A DNA stretch of 62,674 nucleotides, filler included, from Choristocarpus tenellus KU-1152 (lineage: Eukaryota > Protista > Phaeophyceae): assembly GCA_964200185.2 (NCBI GenBank). It is 8 parts of 8 records of this genome, joined end to end, with 100 filler letters (N's around TTAATTAATTAA, not from the genome) between each part and the next. Parts side by side here need not be neighbours in the genome. Positions count along the whole stretch, not along the records: positions 57,186 to 62,674 come from CAXNAD020010630.1; 7 more parts are not named here. One strand, 5' to 3'. Below the pieces are notes generated by a model. That model made no database searches and had not been told where the DNA came from. It saw only the letters and a list, made by a program, of their open reading frames with translations. A program made the position numbers and the translations under genes. Shown here one piece after another: positions 61,658-62,674 of this stretch. Numbering within the stretch: position 1 is the first letter of the stretch; each line of letters opens with the position of its first letter.

Positions 61658-62674
61658 CTGTGTCAACGCCAGCTGCACAGCACAAACTGGCTTTTCCACA
61701 GGACCCACACTCTTCTCAAGCACCTCCAGTGTATGATGGTTTGCCTCCACCGTGACCAACGCATCCTCCACCCTCTCTGCTACCTCCGTCCACGCCTTCG
61801 CCCACAACTCTTCCTCACGGGCTATTCCAGATGATTGTTTCAGCCCTCGACCATCTGCCACCACTGTTGGGTTCGATATACCACTGGATGAACTTGCCTG
61901 ATCTGGAGTTGGACCAACCCCCACAACAGATTCCACCCAGGCTCCAACAGGAGCAGCTAGACTCATAAGGCTGCCTCCGAAGTCAGTCATAGCCCACTTT
62001 GATGGTGTCTGGGTTTGACTGTTCGAGCTACCCTCTCGGCTTCTGACTCGCCCAGACACCCATCCCCCTACCCCGCTAACTCGCTCATTCACAATACTCT
62101 CATCATCTTTATCACTAGCAACAGTATCCCCAGACAATGAGGCCTTGATGACCCTGACCAAGGCTCCAGCCATGGTCAAGGCCAGCGGGCAACCCTGGCA
62201 AAGTTCCACCAGTGATACACCCTGTGGAGGTAGTGTCATATCACCAGCAGCCTCTGTTGCAAGCTGGCATGCCTCCTCTGCCCTGAGCAGGCCAACTTCT
62301 GTAGTCTCAGCCCCAACCGCTGCCAGGAGTCCCGGGACAGGACTTATCACCAGGAGATGGCATTGTGTTTCCCAAAGTGTCTCTACTAAAGCTCCATCAT
62401 GCACATCATCCAGGACCACAAGGCATCGCAGTCCCCGACCTGCCAGCCATGGACCCTGGCATGCATCAGCGATATACGTAACTGCCTCGACTGCATCTCT
62501 AAACTTGAAGGGCCGGCGAGGACCACTGTTACCCCGCCCTGCCACCCCTGCACCAACTCTTTTTTGCCCCCCTCCATTCATCCATTCCCCAGCCCCACCA
62601 CCAACATCAGCCCTCCAACTGTTGTAGCCCCCCCCGTGAGCATCAACAAGCCACCAATATATCGCCTCGGCCAG
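61658..62674 (-). CDS. Exon of an NB-ARC (STAND NTPase) domain protein, partial
   Basis: Frame open from the window end to donor CAG|GTAAGC at 61657; Walker B CLVVLDDV, RNBS-C-like EVGLLRAEEACQL, GxP motif ELCQGCPLALTMAGA. Confidence 0.85.

Noticed and set aside
1131-62674. Apparent immunity island (DUF3638 ATPase, di-UBL, NB-ARC) or DNA-repair cluster (REV7, ERCC6L)
   Set aside because: The genes lie on different contigs joined artificially; there is no linkage evidence.

Overview
Eukaryotic nuclear DNA with spliceosomal introns, most likely a brown alga or close stramenopile relative. That assignment is an inference from intron style, an NB-ARC gene and a CRE-like LINE resembling Ectocarpus elements as I recall them. 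The window is not one locus: eight contigs are joined by an identical artificial 100-nt linker (N44-TTAATTAATTAA-N44), so neighbourhood across gaps means nothing. Genes reconstructed by hand: a giant DUF3638/DUF3645 protein with a SecA-like SF2 ATPase core and a frameshift in its Walker B; DCAF13/Sof1 (5' part) head-to-head with a complete 5-exon REV7; the 3' end of a coiled-coil gene; a divergent di-ubiquitin-like protein lacking di-Gly; the 5' part of an ERCC6L/PICH-like SNF2 ATPase; a signal-peptide/TM protein; an NB-ARC exon. Mobile DNA: a full-length decayed chromodomain-bearing Ty3/Gypsy element, a CRE-like LINE 3' end, a Sola-like MITE family and other remnants. The most striking observations are a ~50-nt canonically spaced tRNA copy (anticodon arm through CCA) at the Gypsy primer-binding site, and four GC-AG introns among roughly 25 resolved donors. 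I found no multi-gene novel system that the sequence supports.
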